This document shows, in pieces, positions 30,596-32,000 of a stretch of DNA of 32,000 nucleotides (position 1 is the first letter of the stretch; every line of letters begins with the position of its first letter). This DNA is from Mycobacterium tuberculosis H37Rv (GTDB taxonomy: Bacteria; Actinomycetota; Actinomycetes; Mycobacteriales; Mycobacteriaceae). Location of the stretch: assembly GCF_000195955.2 (NCBI RefSeq), contig NC_000962.3, positions 3,270,001 through 3,302,000 on the forward strand, read 5' to 3'. A program made the translations under genes and the position numbers. Below the pieces are notes generated by a model, which had not been told where the DNA came from, ran no database searches, and worked only from the letters and a program-made list of their open reading frames with translations.

Positions 30596-32000
30596 TTATG
30601 CCATAGCATCTAGGCGGCTGAATTCGTGATGTAGGTAACGCTCAACGCTGGCCGAACGCCGAACCTTACCGCTGGTGGTGACCGGAATAGAACCCGGCGC
30701 CACCATAACGACATCCGCGACGCGCAGACGATGTGACCTGGATATCGCGGAGGCGACTTCACGTTTGACGGTGCGGAGTCGATTCTTTTCCTCCTCATCT
30801 GTGCGACCCCGCTTCATGAGTTCGATAATGGTTACCAGCTTTTCAGTACGGTCATCGGGCACCGCAATCGCCACAACCCGGCCGCCGGTGATTTCCTGGA
30901 TCGTCGCCTCGATGTCTTCCGGATAGTGGTTGGCCCCATCCACCACCAACAGCTCCTTGATGCGACCCGTGATGAACAGTTCGCCCTCGAAAATGACGCC
31001 GAGGTCTCCGGTCCGCAGCCACGGACCTTCCGAAGTCCCGGGCGAGGGAGTGACGAGCCGCGCGCGGAACGTCGCCTCCGTCTGCTGCGGGTTGCGCCAG
31101 TAGCCCAAGCCGACGTTGTCTCCCTGCACCCAGATTTCGCCAACCGTCCCCGCGGGATTCTCCATCCTGGTTTCGGGGTCGACGATCCGCACGGTTGACG
31201 CCCGGGGAGCTCCATAACTCACCAGGTTGGCTCCCTCGCTGCCGTTCTCGGCACGCTTCGCCTGACCGACCGACAGCTGCTGGTAGTCAAAGCAAACACT
31301 CTTCGGCGCGCGTCCCGGTCCGGCGGTCGCCACGTACACCGTCGCCTCCGCGAGCCCATATGACGGCCGGATTGCCGTCTCGCTGAGGTTGAACGGGGCG
31401 AACCGCTCGGTGAAGCGCCGCAGCGTCGCGACGTTTACTCGTTCGGCGCCGGTGACGATCGTCCGCACATGCCCGAGGTCAAGTCCAGCCATATCGTCGT
31501 CGGATGTTCTGCGTACCGCCAATTCGAAACCGAAATTCGGTGCGCTGGAAATCTGTGCGCGGTGTTTGGCTAATAATTGCATCCAACGGGCCGGCCGCTG
31601 CAAGAATGCCATGGGACTCATCAACACCGCGGTGTCTTGATTGATCATCGGGAGAATGATGCCCAGCATCAACCCCATGTCGTGATAGAACGGCAGCCAC
31701 GATACGGGAGTTGACGGAACCTTTTCCGAATCCCCGATGTAATCGGACATTAGCTGTACGCAGTTGGTGATGACATTCTTGTGCGAGAGGACAACACCGG
31801 CCGGCGCGCGGGTCGAACCGGATGTGTACTGTAGATATGCTGTGCTCGGACGCTCGAACCGAGTCGGATCGAGCGCTCTGGATGAGCTCAAGTCCAGAGC
31901 GTCCACAGCCACGACGATGGGCGCGGACTGGCCCTGTGCGGCGCACGCATGTGGCGCATATGTCGTGACCTCGTCAATAACCGACGAGGTCGTAAGAATA
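30596..32000 (-). CDS. fadD29: Fatty-acyl-AMP ligase FadD29, C-terminal ~468 codons (5' end lies outside the window)
   Basis: I translated the frame by hand upstream of the track's GTG at 31912 and it stays open to nt 31999 (...[36 protein letters not shown]...). It contains AMP-binding [15 protein letters not shown] and is about 60% identical by eye to FadD28 over the shared region. Confidence 0.9.
   Translation of the reverse strand, partial: ILTTSSVIDEVTTYAPHACAAQGQSAPIVVAVDALDLSSSRALDPTRFERPSTAYLQYTSGSTRAPAGVVLSHKNVITNCVQLMSDYIGDSEKVPSTPVSWLPFYHDMGLMLGIILPMINQDTAVLMSPMAFLQRPARWMQLLAKHRAQISSAPNFGFELAVRRTSDDDMAGLDLGHVRTIVTGAERVNVATLRRFTERFAPFNLSETAIRPSYGLAEATVYVATAGPGRAPKSVCFDYQQLSVGQAKRAENGSEGANLVSYGAPRASTVRIVDPETRMENPAGTVGEIWVQGDNVGLGYWRNPQQTEATFRARLVTPSPGTSEGPWLRTGDLGVIFEGELFITGRIKELLVVDGANHYPEDIEATIQEITGGRVVAIAVPDDRTEKLVTIIELMKRGRTDEEEKNRLRTVKREVASAISRSHRLRVADVVMVAPGSIPVTTSGKVRRSASVERYLHHEFSRLDAMA

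Noticed and set aside
1-32000. The idea that the window hides a previously undescribed defence, secretion or biosynthetic system
   Set aside because: Every large ORF is assignable to the well-characterised PDIM/PGL locus or to IS1533. The only unexplained DNA is about 0.5 kb next to the IS plus ordinary intergenic regions. Claiming novelty would not be supported by what the sequence shows.

Overview
This 32-kb, high-G+C window is the phthiocerol dimycocerosate (PDIM) / phenolic glycolipid (PGL) / p-hydroxybenzoate-derivative virulence-lipid locus of the Mycobacterium tuberculosis complex, recognised from the encoded proteins. Gene order is: ppsE (3' end, runs off the left edge), drrA, drrB, drrC and papA5 on the plus strand; mas on the minus strand; fadD28 and mmpL7 on the plus strand; one IS1533 (IS21-family) copy with intact istA and frameshifted istB; then a minus-strand run of fadD29 (runs off the right edge), Rv2949c (chorismate pyruvate-lyase), fadD22, pks15, pks1 and lppX. 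The ORF lengths (289, 276, 422, 2111, 233, 496 and 705 aa) and the split pks15/pks1 match my recollection of the H37Rv annotation Rv2935-Rv2950c. I cannot run an alignment, so strain identity is recollection, not proof. I saw no rRNA, tRNA or CRISPR array. I find no evidence for a previously undescribed system, because well-studied genes explain essentially all coding capacity. Points worth a second look: (1) the frameshift that splits pks15 from pks1; (2) the IS1533 insertion with an intact 5-bp target duplication, whose IstB is broken exactly at the Walker A motif; (3) a MIRU-like 57-bp-period repeat carrying a small ORF that bridges the pks1 stop and the lppX start; (4) a perfect 16-bp palindrome and an AT-rich nested inverted repeat in the mas/fadD28 divergent intergenic region; (5) a clearly G+C-poor Rv2949c; (6) an unexplained 533-bp gap next to the IS.
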